From contig OZ037837.1 in the NCBI GenBank assembly GCA_964035575.1, positions 496,001 to 560,000 of the forward strand: 64,000 bases of DNA, read 5' to 3'. Positions 26,136 through 37,356 of the stretch are shown one piece after another. Each line of letters starts with the position of its first letter. Position 1 is the stretch's first letter. Origin of the DNA: Rhynchopus sp. YZ270_cl-10 (lineage: Eukaryota). The position numbers and the translations under genes are program-made. The notes under the pieces are model-generated. The model did not search any database. It was not told the origin of the DNA and saw only the letters and a list, made by a program, of their open reading frames with translations.

Positions 26136-26451
26136 GAGGTCACTTACATGTGGTGGCATGCTTCCCTGTAGGGTGGTGTACCATTTTTTTCCCCAGCGTA
26201 ATTTCGGTGTAATTGTGTGTAATTGTGGTGTAATTGTGGTTAGTTGTGGTTAGTTGTGTGTACTTGTGCTGAAACTGTACTGGAATTGTGCCTAATATAG
26301 GCACAGCTCAGGTGAGTATGGTGCTAGCTGTGCCCAGTAGTGTCATAGGCAAAACGGTACATTTTGGTAAGGAAAAAAATCGTATATAAATCCCTGATTT
26401 TAACCATACATGTTGGTACGTACGTAAAACGCGCAAAAATAATCAAAAAAC

Positions 26452-27804
26452 TATACATAGCGCTCCAATTAGAGTGTTAGGGTATAATTAGAGTCTGGGA
26501 TTTTGGGTCAAGTCAGTTAGAGTCCAGTTAGAGTATAATTAGAGTCGCTTTTCTTCAATTAGACTATAATTAGAGCGCAGTTAGAGCATAATTAGACTCT
26601 AACTACACTCTAATTATAGTCTAATTAGAGTAAAACAACAGGCTTCTTGTAGGTGCAAACGCCTTAAGGAACTGGTTCCCCTAAGGTTCCTCTGTAGGAC
26701 CCAGGTGTCCAGGTGCCCACATAGCTGAGAATAAGACTTGGGGACCCGGGACCCGGTTATTCTCAGCCGGACTGGGACACAACTATGTGAAGGCGCTGTG
26801 GGTCCGCCTGAAAGCGGGTCGGGGACCCGGTCGCGGGAGGGTGGGGGCCTAGTCCAAGTCCTACTGTACCTAGTACCCGGGACTCGGGACCCGGCTTATT
26901 CTCAGCTATGGGTACCCGGACCCGCAGTGGCACATGCCCTCAAGTGTGAGTGACCCACACATGAGGGAATGCGACACCGCAAAAACTCTTCGTGCACCTT
27001 CGGGTGCAATGCCGCAGACAGGCCAAACAGCGTTGGACTCAGAGGAATTCCTGCTGTGCAGGTAACAAACATGAGAACCAACTCCCAGTAACAAGGGGCG
27101 CCTTTTGGCGGGCGTTATTGAGGATGTTTGGGGTGCAAAGTTTTCCACAATTTTGATGCGCGGGTACAGAAGTGTTGTCTTGTTCTTTCATCTCTAGGAA
27201 TGTAAATGTCAATCGAGTTTAACTACCACTAAGGGGTCGAAGGGGATAATCCCAGTATCAAAGGTTGTGTCGACGGGAAATCTATGAGTATACGTTCATT
27301 TCATCCGCAGAAATAACTACTTATGAACCCAGGAGAGATCCAAGCCTCGCGCTAAACCACCACCCGCGATTGACTTAGATGTTATAACAAAGAGAATTCA
27401 TAACAAACAACACCCTACCCCATGCACACTAAAGTGCCATGCTTCAAGTGATCATGCCCTGGGCCAAAATTCCTGTGCTAAAAAGGCAACAAGACCAGTG
27501 TGAATTGTGCACTGGTTTTCTGGGGGAACAAACAATATTTTCTTGTATCTAGTCCTCTGCAAGCAGAAAACAGACGTTCTGGATTACAAAATCGAATTTC
27601 TTGCACTGGCTATGCTCCCTGGGTTTATGGCTATAGCATTGGTTGATGTGCCCCTCTTATTGACCCTATTATAAGACTCTAATTAGAGTCTAATTAGAGT
27701 CCAGTTAGAGTATTAGAGTTCAGTTAGAGTTTTAAAGACTCTAATTATACTCTAACTGCCGACTCTAATTATCTAGTTGGAGTCTAATTAGAGCGCTATG
27801 TATA
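26452..27804. mobile_element. Nested TIR element (TATACATAG termini, 6-bp TSD)
   Basis: TIR TATACATAGCGCTC / GAGCGCTATGTATA with AAAAAC duplicated on both sides. Subterminal TAATTAGAGT repeats at both ends. Interrupts the left TIR of 26405-28804. Confidence 0.85.
26720..26910. mobile_element. 191-bp MITE nested in 26452-27804
   Basis: Perfect 16-bp TIR CATAGCTGAGAATAAG / CTTATTCTCAGCTATG. Flanks GGTGCCCA / GGTACCCG may be a degenerate 8-bp TSD. Confidence 0.75.
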
Positions 27805-27898
27805 AAAAACGCGCAAAATAATAAAAAAATGTTTTTCATAAAAATGTCACAAAGACGTAACAAAAGCGCGCAAAACGTCTTTGTGACGTTTTTTATTA

Positions 27899-28730
27899 CA
27901 GGGGGGGGGGGCCGAATATAAGGGGCAGGCCAAATACAAAGGGCATGCCAAATACAAGGGGCACCTAGGGTTTGGGAAATTTTCGCGGGGTGCCCGCTAA
28001 ATATAAGGGGCACCCCCTTTTGCTGTTCTGGGAACCCATTTTTGACTCTGCCCGCCAGTGTCAATCGTCAGTTGGGAAGAAAGTAGGTGCAAAATTTGAG
28101 TGTTACTTCAAAAAAACCCGCCTGCGGCGGGCGATTTCCTTACCCACTCGCTGCACTTGCTATTTTCGTTTCATACGATACGAAGAGGGGAGTTCAAGAG
28201 AATAGACCTATCTGCTTTAGTGAGGAGATGTAGTGGCCTGGGGCTGGGGCTTTTGGTAAATTCACAGATAGTGGCAGATGCTTGTCTTTTACCAGTAGGT
28301 GTACAAAGGCACACTCTTTCGGTTGCAAATGGAATGTGCGTACTGAGCAGCTTCACTGCCTACACGTAGTTCGCGGATGGCTTCGCGGGGATCACTAACA
28401 CCCGTACAACTGTCTGGTGCCCGTATGAACTGGCTTTTCAGGTCAAACATGGCCTGAAAATGTGTACAAACCGAGTGAAAACGGGTAAAGCTGTGTGTTA
28501 GGGCCAAAAATGGGGGAAAATTTAAACACCTAAAAATTGGTCCATTTTTTCGAAATGACCCCACCACTTGCCGGACGGATTTCGGAAACGCCGAAAAACG
28601 AGGGTTCCGGCCTCGAGTCCTTACCCGCCTCCTGAAAAAGCCACCCCGAGGGAGAGGGGATTTTGGCCCATTTTTACCGATTTGGCACGCCAAATATAAG
28701 GGGCGCCCCTTGTATTCGGCCCGCCCCCTG
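27899..28730. mobile_element. Tc1/mariner-type MITE (TA flanks) nested in 26405-28804
   Basis: TA-CAGGGGG..GCCGAATATAAGGGG / CCCCTTGTATTCGGCCCGCCCCCTG-TA. Termini resemble the MITE at 58244-58570. Confidence 0.75.
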
Positions 28731-30149
28731 TAAAAATATTTTTTTATTATTTTGCGCGTTTTTTGATTATTTTTGCGCGTTTTACGTACGTACCAACATG
28801 TATGTTTAACAAAGGAAGAAAAAAAAAAAAAACTCACAAACCTAGGTTCTGGTCTGTTCGTTCTAAATTTTTGAATATAAAATTGGTGTAAAAATTGAAA
28901 AAAAAAAAAAAAATTGACGCTTGACCTCTGACAAGACATGTCTGCACACATAAGTTCTTTTATCATTTTCATTTCTGTGCGCACAGTACATGCCTTTCAA
29001 ATCGTGATAAGCTGATGTTAATCCTCTACCTGCTTGGGTCATCGTGCACAGACACATGATGGTTATATTCCGAATGCGAGGGATAACACACACCTGTTTG
29101 TTTTACACACACACACATTGTATAACGCTCTCAAAAAGGGGCTTAAAAAGTTTGTTTTGTATTGTTTTTTTTTAAAGGGGGCATTTGAAATGCAAAGCTC
29201 AACAATAACGATACTGCCCTTTGCAATCCATTCCGTGGTTTACATAAAAATATAAAAAGGGGGGGAGCCCTCACGAATCGTGGAGCTCATCCTCTGGGTA
29301 CAGTAGTGCAACCAAGGGTTCCAAAATAAGAGGAGTTTGAATAAAACGCAGCTCGGTCGTTGCTGATGCAAAAGGGTTGGGACGTGGAAAGAAGATGGTT
29401 CTAAAAGCCTCTCACACTTAGCCATCTTGGTCACAAATCGTTGTTGCATAACATCACAAAAAAAATATGAAGAAAAAGTGGAGATTGCACAAAAACTGCG
29501 GCAACACAACCGAGGCAACTACACTACTCCAATTTATCAAAAAAAAAAATCAAGATAATCGCAATGCGTCGAGAGTGATGGGGGGTTTGAAAATGTTTTT
29601 TTGTTTGTTTTGAAAGTGCTGTGTGCTCTGTTTAATTTTGCTTGAAAGTTTTGTAGACGTGAGGCGGCAAATACGTCGGGAGTGATGGGAGTTTGAATGA
29701 AAGTTGTTGTTTTTGCTTTTGTGCTCTTTTTGTTTGGTGGTCTTTAAAAATGTACTATTTGCTTTTTTTGTTTTTTTGTTTTCGTAACGCCTACCTCTTT
29801 AACCTTTTGTTTGCTTGATTGAGCTTACCGAATCGCTCAACTGCGATGGGAAAAATCGTGCGTGTTTTGATCTCGTCACTGAAATTCTTTCAGATGAAAT
29901 TTCGAGATCTGAACCGCTACGATAATTTGAGAAATCCAGAAAGCTTCAGAGATAATGAAATCCCCAGGGTGGGCGCGAAAACATAATCATATAAGGTAAT
30001 GAAGCTGGTTATCCATGAAATGTTTGAATCTAGAGAACCTTGACACATCGAACAGCGTGTCCCGCCGGCCCTAATCCGTATGAGCGCAGTTGGGGGGGGG
30101 ACCTCCGTGAGAATGTCCTGCAGAGGACTCTTCACTGCTCCGGAGCAGG

Positions 30150-31330
30150 AAGACGTCCGACAGTACATAGCGAACCTGGAGCCGTGAAGAGATGGATTTC
30201 GATAGCCACGTGACCAATATAAACTTGCGGCACTTCAAGGAACTACTGTGGTCATGGCAAACTCAGCCAGGGCCGCAATCCTGTTCAAGGGTTCGTACCT
30301 GCCAGCGTCTGCGAACCTCTCAAGACGTGATATAGACAGAGAGTTGTTCGTTTTCTATGAGACCTGTCCAAAGGCAAGTAAATACGACGCATGCGACAGC
30401 TCACCGTAGTCCTTTCACGTATTGGCGAGCCTCTTTCCAAAGAAGCAGCCACAACCCTGCGCCTCTTCGCCATACCGTTTATCCAAGATCGCAGACAATG
30501 CCTATCTAAACCCTCTGGCGATACATTGCCCTTGCACGTCGTAGATGTGGTCGATCCGCAAACTTGAAGTGACGCATCTCGGGGAGGAGCGCAAGCCTAC
30601 CGTCAGTAAGCAGCTAGTACACATAGCCTCGATGCAGCGCACTTCCTGGTAGATCGTGATAAGGACGGCCCGCTCAGTGGTGGCAGCGATGTACAGCACA
30701 AATCCCTACAACCGACTGCCACACATTCCCAAGCTACGGCGGAAAAAGTGCCTGTCTCTTATCCATGCACCCTAGATGAACGCGCCATCTCTACAGCAGC
30801 AGCAGCGTCCTACACCTTCAGCGACATGTAGAATCGTGCACACGGATCCGCTTCTCTTTGAGACGCTCCGCGCTGAAGACACCCGCAGGGCAGCCAATCG
30901 TAGCGAAAACTGCGGTGTGCACCTTCAGCTCCTCGCGATGACGACCAGCCGTAAACGAGGATGGACAACGCGGTGTACATCGTCACCATGAATACGCCCA
31001 GTGTGAACTACCTCTACGGGGCCAAACGGAGGTCTCCATCCAGACAGTCTGGCGCCCATCCAGCAGGTCAGCTAGTCAGTGTAGGCCAGGTGAAGAGGAA
31101 GACTTCTCCATGGAAGCAAGCGTAGTCGACAAAGTATATCACGCGCGTTCACTAGCTAGGTCAGCCGAGGAATGGGAGGATCCACGCGAAGACCACTCCG
31201 AAGTGCGGGAGGGAATGTGCGGTACCGTGATGGCAGATAAGGAGAGGGCAGACACCACGAAATTACCCGGGAAGGATGTGCCCGTCAACGAAGGCAACGC
31301 AGGCGTATCTGCACCACGAGAGTGCAGCGA
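30150..31330 (-). pseudogene. Highly degenerate reverse-transcriptase/RNase H relic (possibly DIRS/tyrosine-recombinase retrotransposon type)
   Basis: Hand translation of the minus strand gives, in order and across frameshifts/stops: SADLAS, YACFHGEVFLFT..PAGWAP, IHGDDV (30979-30987), then TNNSLS..YEPLNRIAALA and LQVRYVLS. These resemble RT motifs A/B/C and DIRS-type RNase H. Confidence 0.4.
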
Positions 31331-31782
31331 AGAGAAACGTGAACCATGATACCGTAGAGAGTTACTCAGGTGTGGGTGGGCGGGAGAAATTTTTAAATGT
31401 CATGGTCACGTTTTGCATAACATTGTAATCATATCACATGATTTGTGAGTCGGTTGCAGAAATCATCTCTCATGATTTCTGAATCGGTTGCAGAGTTGGC
31501 TAGCCGAAAACAAAAAGGCTGATATTTGGTTACACAAAATATAATCCTTCTTTTTTTTTGTTTTTTTTTGAAAATTTTCCACTATGCGTCGAGAGTGATG
31601 GGAGGTGTCACACAATCGGTATCACACAGCATTCTGCTGTGCCAAATTGCGAGGTGTCGTCTGAGGGATCATAATCCCCATCCGGAGTTCGTAATTTTGG
31701 CACATCACTACGTGTTGTTCGAGCATGAGCGTGGTGTAATGGTGTGATGCATAAATATTTGGCAAGTCTAAATCCTCCAATT

Positions 31783-31940
31783 TTATTTTTCCTTCCTTCA
31801 AAACTACACACACAACGCTTTTTTGGTTTTTGGGAGACACACAAGGTGCCAGGTTCTATGGTAAGCACGGAACCACCCTGCACCTGTTTGTCATATTGTT
31901 TCCCGTGCAATACATGGAGAAACGTTTCGCACTCGAAACA
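31783..31940 (+). repeat. Interspersed repeat family A, copy 2
   Basis: Near-identical to 580-740. Confidence 0.85.
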
Positions 31941-33166
31941 AGGGCCTTTGACTGCACCAATGGACTGAAACCTTGCCCCGTGGAGGAGGATGTGGGCAGA
32001 TGCAAGAAAAAAAAATGGGGCACCGGATCTGATTTGCAACAAAATGTACTGTGGTTGATTATTTGGTGGTGATAGGGGATGTCTCCACTCAAATTTATGA
32101 TAAGGAACTTGGGAGGGGTGGAGGGGTGGGATGTGAAGTGGGGGATGAAATGAATAGGGTAAGAAATCAAAAAAATGGATCACGATACCCATCTGTATGT
32201 TGGTGGCGAAAGAAAAAAGGAAGTTTTCACAAAAAAACAAAAAAAAAGAGAGAAAAAATTTTAGAATGATTATGAACCTAAGTTTCTCTCTACTTAGTCA
32301 TCACAAAATATAAAATTCCCTACATAACACGAGCTTTGTTGTTACTCTACGCTATAATGACAAAGGAGCCGCCAACAGAAGCGCTGCGAACAGCGTCCCC
32401 GACACCTGCCCCGGAGACGATGGTACCACAGATACCGTCGCCTCCGCCATCATGTAGCACCTTGAGCGCGTTTCTCTTGAGAGTTGTAAACACCTACAAT
32501 AATAGTATTCCTTGCCGGGGTAGGGGATGGGAGCTTAGTACAATTGTGGGAGGGACACTCACAAAGTAAAATAATAAAAAAAAGAGAAGTTGAAAAGTGC
32601 AAAACGCCTCACCGTTCATCGGCGGACGCAAAGCACTGGAAATAAAAATATGTGAAGTAAGAAGTGCGCGAAGGTGTCTCTGCAGACAGCAGGCACACAA
32701 CATAGTAAAAAAGGATTTAAAAAAAACCGTAGCAATCCCAAAAAAAAAAAAAGTTGGTAAAATTTTGTGCGTAAAGTGTGGAATAAATATTCTGTGTTGA
32801 CATTTTTATTACTGCAATACGCTCCCCACTGACTACCTTGGCCAGAGCAAACCTCTTTGAGGCCAAAAAAAAAATCTTTCTTTTTTTGCCACTCCGCAAC
32901 ACCACAATATTTTTCTTTCCCCCACTACAGTACGTTACAAATTGGGGTGGCATCACAAAAAAAAAAGGGAGGGATGGGGGGGGGACAAAATCGAATCTTA
33001 ATTTGGCAAGAGCTAAAAAATATGCAAAAAAAAGAGAGATATTTTTTTCGTAAGATGGCATGGCGGCGCCTCTCGCCAGCCTTTTTTTATCACTGTAGGG
33101 CAAGTCTTTTTAACTTCTTTTACATTTTTCAAACCAAAAAACATCCCATTCCCTACCCTTCTTCTC

Positions 33167-33604
33167 TCACCTCACTGATAGGATGCGGTATATCACTGTC
33201 AACGTCCCGGATACTTCTGAACGATCTTTATGGCTTGCATCTCCAAGCACCGCACTAACGCTGGTAATGGGAGGTCCGTTGACCTCAGCTTTTTGGAGCA
33301 TTTCTTCGCTCAAGATGTCGACACGACCGAGAAACGCTTTTTTTCCAAGCGTTTTCTTGCCAAAAATGCTGATCCGGACACAGTCGGGGACGGGGACAAC
33401 AAAACTGAATTTTTCATTGAATACCGGCGCAGAAAGGTTGCCTTGCACTGTTTTTGTGGTCTTTTTTTGTGGATTTGGGTGATCGTTCCCTATGAGGTGC
33501 GTTTTGCGGTCCACCTTCCGCAATTTTACCTCACAAAACGGTGAGCTCGAGCCCTTCCCTTCAATTAACCCCGCTGCGCTTACTACCTGCACCTCGACAC
33601 GTAG
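33167..33604 (-). CDS. C2 domain, probably the C-terminus of the upstream calpain-like gene (one-base frameshift at ~33601)
   Basis: RVEVQVVSAAGL...SSPFCEVKL...TTKTVQGNLSAPVFNEKFSF...FLGRVDI...VSGTLTV is a typical C2 fold. The frame overlaps the end of the calpain-like ORF and has no ATG of its own. Confidence 0.8.
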   Translation of the reverse strand, partial: LRVEVQVVSAAGLIEGKGSSSPFCEVKLRKVDRKTHLIGNDHPNPQKKTTKTVQGNLSAPVFNEKFSFVVPVPDCVRISIFGKKTLGKKAFLGRVDILSEEMLQKAEVNGPPITSVSAVLGDASHKDRSEVSGTLTVIYRILSVR

Positions 33605-36309
33605 CTCTGTGATCCCACTCCTCCGTTGTTGTCCATGCGCATCGTTTCGATCAAAGATTTGCGAGGTTTTCTGGTCACAACATCGTCATCAGAGTGCATT
33701 GCAGGGACACTTGAAATCCGGGGAACCGTCTGAAGCACCTCGACCACCTCATCGCTGTCGGAGTGACCAACATCCTCACTCTCGGTGCTGTGAAAATTTG
33801 TGTCGGTTTGCTCGACCAGCTGATGCACGAATTCCTCTGCCCGCCCTGCAGCTGGGGTGATTGGAGACAACAGAAACGGCCCTGGCACACCCTTCACCAC
33901 CTCCTCCTCAACAGCGCCTGACGCCTCCATCGAATATGCCAAATCCACTTCCTCTTCCCAATACGGCTTTCCCACAGAAGGTTGGCGTTGTGCATCGGAC
34001 TGCGTGCTGTGCTGCCTCTCTGATGCGTCCAGATCCTCCGACGCTGCAGTCGACCCTGCAACCAACCCACCCCGTTTGACCCAAAGAAGCGTAGAAGAAC
34101 AAGCGGGGGGTGGATAGAGAGCGTCAAGCGAAACAGCATTGTCCTGCAAGGTGCTGCACAACGCAGCCCCTCTGGCCTGAAAAACCGCATTATCCCCAAC
34201 GGGAAGCCAATGCGCGGATTTCACCTCCTTCGCAGTCGCATAAGCACAGAGGGTCTCCTCGCTGTTCTGGTAGTGTACAAATGTTAGATTAATTTGCGGT
34301 TTTGGAGCGGCAACGTGCTTTTTGCTGAACCAAAGAGACAGACTGTATCCCGGAGGCGTTTCCCCTTCCTCAAGCGACCCCGACTTCAGTTGTGGTATAA
34401 CGTAGATAGGTTTTCCTGCAGTCTCCTTAGACAGCCTCACCTCCACAAGACGCGTCTTTCTCGAAAACGCCACCGATTCGAGGACCGAAACCTTGTCGGG
34501 TCGGTTCTTCCGGGGCTCGACGGTTACAACAAAGAGGAGCACGTTTTTGAGTTTTTTATCAAATCCATGACCGTCTTGGGTTAAACCGACCCACAGCGAC
34601 CCAGGACCTTCAATGTTATGTGTCAACCTCGCTCCAATGTGCCCAAACTGCAGATTCCGCACCTCCTTTTCCGACACCACAGCCCCGCTCTCTGTTTCAA
34701 ATGCCTCCGATGTGTACAGATGTTCGCATCCATTTGCCTTCTCCTCCTCCCCCACAACCTCCGCTTCCACACCAAAGGAGGCTCCGATGTTAACGTTTTG
34801 AAGGTCCTGATGTGTGTACCCGATATGCACAAAAGTAAAATTCTTCAAAAAGGTTGCAAAATCCATGAAAAAAACTCCGGACGTATCGGTGGGCACACCA
34901 TCCACCATCGACTCTGCCCGATAAAGGTAGGACGCACTCACATCATCAACCCCATAGGGACCGAGGTGATGGCCGAGAGTCATTCCAGTTGCACTGAGAT
35001 TGCTTTGGTCCATTGAGGAGTCTCCATTGGGAGTGTCAGTCGTGTTGTGGTCAGCGCATGCATCAAAGGACGAGGTTGGGTCACGAAGTTTGATGAGTCG
35101 ATCAGCCGCAGTCACCTCGAGGAGACCCAAAACAGAGAAAATTTTGTCATGTTTCCCTTCACTACTGCACGCCAGAACGACCGCACCCTGATCCACCGCA
35201 GCGCGCAAAGTAGCAAACGATTCTGCAATTCTTCCCCCATTCGCCCCGCTCAACTCCGCAGCAGGGTATGTCTTTACCGGCATTCCGGTGAGTTCGGTGA
35301 TCAAAAAGCCGAGGGTAGGGTATAATGGCTTTAAATTCGCAATTTTTAGATAGTCCAACGCAACTTCTTTCACATAAATCTTCTCAAGCAACGCGGACCA
35401 CGCTGTCTCAAGATGCGCCACCCGGGAAGGAAGCCACGACGGAGACGCACCCATATCTTTCAAATGCAACGCAGTTTTTGAATACCCAGCTGACACCGTG
35501 GTGCACGCAGCAGCGCAATCAGCGTACGAAGCTCCAGAGACAATATGGGGTACACTACTGTCGGTCACAACGGTCTTCCACATTCCATCAGAAAAGATGC
35601 TTCCGACATTGAGCTGCGCAGTGTTCGCAGCGTTGGAGAAAATTTGCGACAGAATTCCAGCCCCATTTCTCTCCGCAAGCACCACAGAAGAGAGCAGCAC
35701 TGCAAAGCAGGGATCAACAATATTCCCTTTGTTGACATACTGAACGACATCCATAGTTGAAGAGGCGTGCACGGAATCGACTCGAAGGGGTTTGTTAAAA
35801 CAACGTGATGGAACCGAAAGCTCTGGTTCCGTGTCAAGGTAAGGAGTCGCAGTGGATGAACAGAAGCGTGCAACATCGAGGTGCGACAAATTCTGGAGTT
35901 GTTCTGTACTGTATCCACCTTGGGTGCTGACGGAGACGAGAAGGGTTTGGAGGTCGGCTTGCAAGGTGCTACGGAGAGTGTCCTTAACGCCTGCAACCCA
36001 TTGAGCGGAGGGCTGTCCTGAAGCAATCGATTTTGACAAACCAGACCACCGTCCTGTGGCAAGAACCACGCCAGACTCGCCGGGGTGGACACTCACACTG
36101 ACAGCGCCTGCGCCGTCTCCCCATGCTGCTGTCGCGCCGAGAACGACCCCTTCCGCCTCGCGCAGCGTGTATTTGCAGACAAACTGTCTGTCCGGCGTTG
36201 CATTGCGGAAAGCAAGACACTTCACGGCACGGCCGCTCTCCTCCTCGTGTCGGGTCTCAGTGACGAACAACCCAGGTTTGAGCTCTTTCTCGGTACCAGG
36301 AAGACTCAT
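33583..36309 (-). CDS. Calpain-like protein (N-terminal DUF1935-like domain, degenerate CysPc domain), predicted catalytically inactive
   Basis: 908-aa ORF containing WSALLEKIYVK, ELTGMP, LIKLRDP, GVFFMDFATFLKNF. The catalytic motif reads KGNIVDPCF instead of QGxLGDCW. The N-terminal AFRN...VSVHPGE resembles kinetoplastid DUF1935. Confidence 0.85.
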   Translation of the reverse strand: MSLPGTEKELKPGLFVTETRHEEESGRAVKCLAFRNATPDRQFVCKYTLREAEGVVLGATAAWGDGAGAVSVSVHPGESGVVLATGRWSGLSKSIASGQPSAQWVAGVKDTLRSTLQADLQTLLVSVSTQGGYSTEQLQNLSHLDVARFCSSTATPYLDTEPELSVPSRCFNKPLRVDSVHASSTMDVVQYVNKGNIVDPCFAVLLSSVVLAERNGAGILSQIFSNAANTAQLNVGSIFSDGMWKTVVTDSSVPHIVSGASYADCAAACTTVSAGYSKTALHLKDMGASPSWLPSRVAHLETAWSALLEKIYVKEVALDYLKIANLKPLYPTLGFLITELTGMPVKTYPAAELSGANGGRIAESFATLRAAVDQGAVVLACSSEGKHDKIFSVLGLLEVTAADRLIKLRDPTSSFDACADHNTTDTPNGDSSMDQSNLSATGMTLGHHLGPYGVDDVSASYLYRAESMVDGVPTDTSGVFFMDFATFLKNFTFVHIGYTHQDLQNVNIGASFGVEAEVVGEEEKANGCEHLYTSEAFETESGAVVSEKEVRNLQFGHIGARLTHNIEGPGSLWVGLTQDGHGFDKKLKNVLLFVVTVEPRKNRPDKVSVLESVAFSRKTRLVEVRLSKETAGKPIYVIPQLKSGSLEEGETPPGYSLSLWFSKKHVAAPKPQINLTFVHYQNSEETLCAYATAKEVKSAHWLPVGDNAVFQARGAALCSTLQDNAVSLDALYPPPACSSTLLWVKRGGLVAGSTAASEDLDASERQHSTQSDAQRQPSVGKPYWEEEVDLAYSMEASGAVEEEVVKGVPGPFLLSPITPAAGRAEEFVHQLVEQTDTNFHSTESEDVGHSDSDEVVEVLQTVPRISSVPAMHSDDDVVTRKPRKSLIETMRMDNNGGVGSQSYVSRCR

Positions 36310-37356
36310 GGTATGCGGGGGGCAGAGGGGGTGGGGTGATGGGAGTGGAGAGAAATGTGTTTCTGTGGGTGGAGTGTGTGATAATATTGGGGTTATAAGG
36401 GGGTAAGTTTTGTGCAGAAGAAAGATGGCCCAAAAAATGTGTGTGTTTCATTTGAAAGCAGAGAATAGTTATTGATGCGGGCATAACCTCCGACTGACCC
36501 ACATACGATCATAGCCTATTATTGTATTATGATGCCAGAGCCCCGGATGAAAGTGAAATGAAAATATTAGTAGTTCTGAAGTGAACTTCTGTGCACAAAG
36601 GGGGGGTTGAGAGAAAGGGAAATGGTATGTGTGTATGGGGTGAAATAAATACGAAAATGATGATAAAAAAAATTAGGTCTTTGTTTAGTACGCTACCCAC
36701 GTTTTTTTTCTGCCGATATGGACGTCAAAAGGAATTAGTATTTTCATCATATGCAATCAATGGATGTCAAAAGGAGAAAAAAAACCCTTTGCTTGAAGCA
36801 CAGAAATGAGGTGAGTGCACAATCAAACAAAAGGGGGAAAGGAATAAACAAAAAGTCTCAAATATTTGAATCATTTACTACCACAAAGTATTTGTCCTTA
36901 TAAAATGCTCGAGAGACTCGTTATTCTTTGTTTGTTGCTCAAAAGACTATGAACGGGAGGGGGGGGGGGGGGGGGGAATAAAGGTTGTTTTGTTGTTCGC
37001 TTCCACCTTGTAAAAGAAACTACCGCTCCCGTTCGTCTTTTGTTTAGTGGTCCATGTATTGTTTTGAAAAAAAATGAATGTATATCCAGGGTTATTTGAA
37101 CGTCATCATTTTGTTTGATTTTTTTTTCATTGTGGAACACACCATGTATGTAAAGAAAAACCAGTTATATTTTCGGATTGTTTTCTGATCGAGTGAAACA
37201 AAAGGAGGGAAAAAAATAGCAACGTGTCGTTTCTATTTTCGTTATCATATACCATACAATTGAAGCAACGCAGCAAGGACCGAACAAGCCTCGCTCAGGC
37301 CTGATACAGGCGTGGATAAGGCGTGATTGTAAGCATTAGTACGCCTCAGCCACGCC

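Larger units (their letters stand above)
23606..26396. mobile_element. hAT-like non-autonomous element carrying a bipartite satellite
   Basis: TIR CAGAGATTTATATAC (23606) / GTATATAAATCCCTG (ends 26396), 1 mismatch. Exact 8-bp TSD ATTTTAAC (23598-23605, 26397-26404). 10-bp TGTAATTGTG-type repeats at ~24200-24350 and ~26200-26290. Confidence 0.88.
26405..28804. mobile_element. TIR element (CATACATG termini, 6-bp TSD) hosting nested insertions
   Basis: TIR CATACATGTTGGTACGTACGTAAAACGCGCAAAAATAATCAAAAAAC at 26405, with its reverse complement ending at 28804. TTTAAC on both flanks. Confidence 0.88.

Noticed and set aside
24545..26253. 500-aa QYT/VQYST/CTVLY ORFs on both strands
   Set aside because: By-products of stop-free satellite arrays inside a MITE, with no coding signal.
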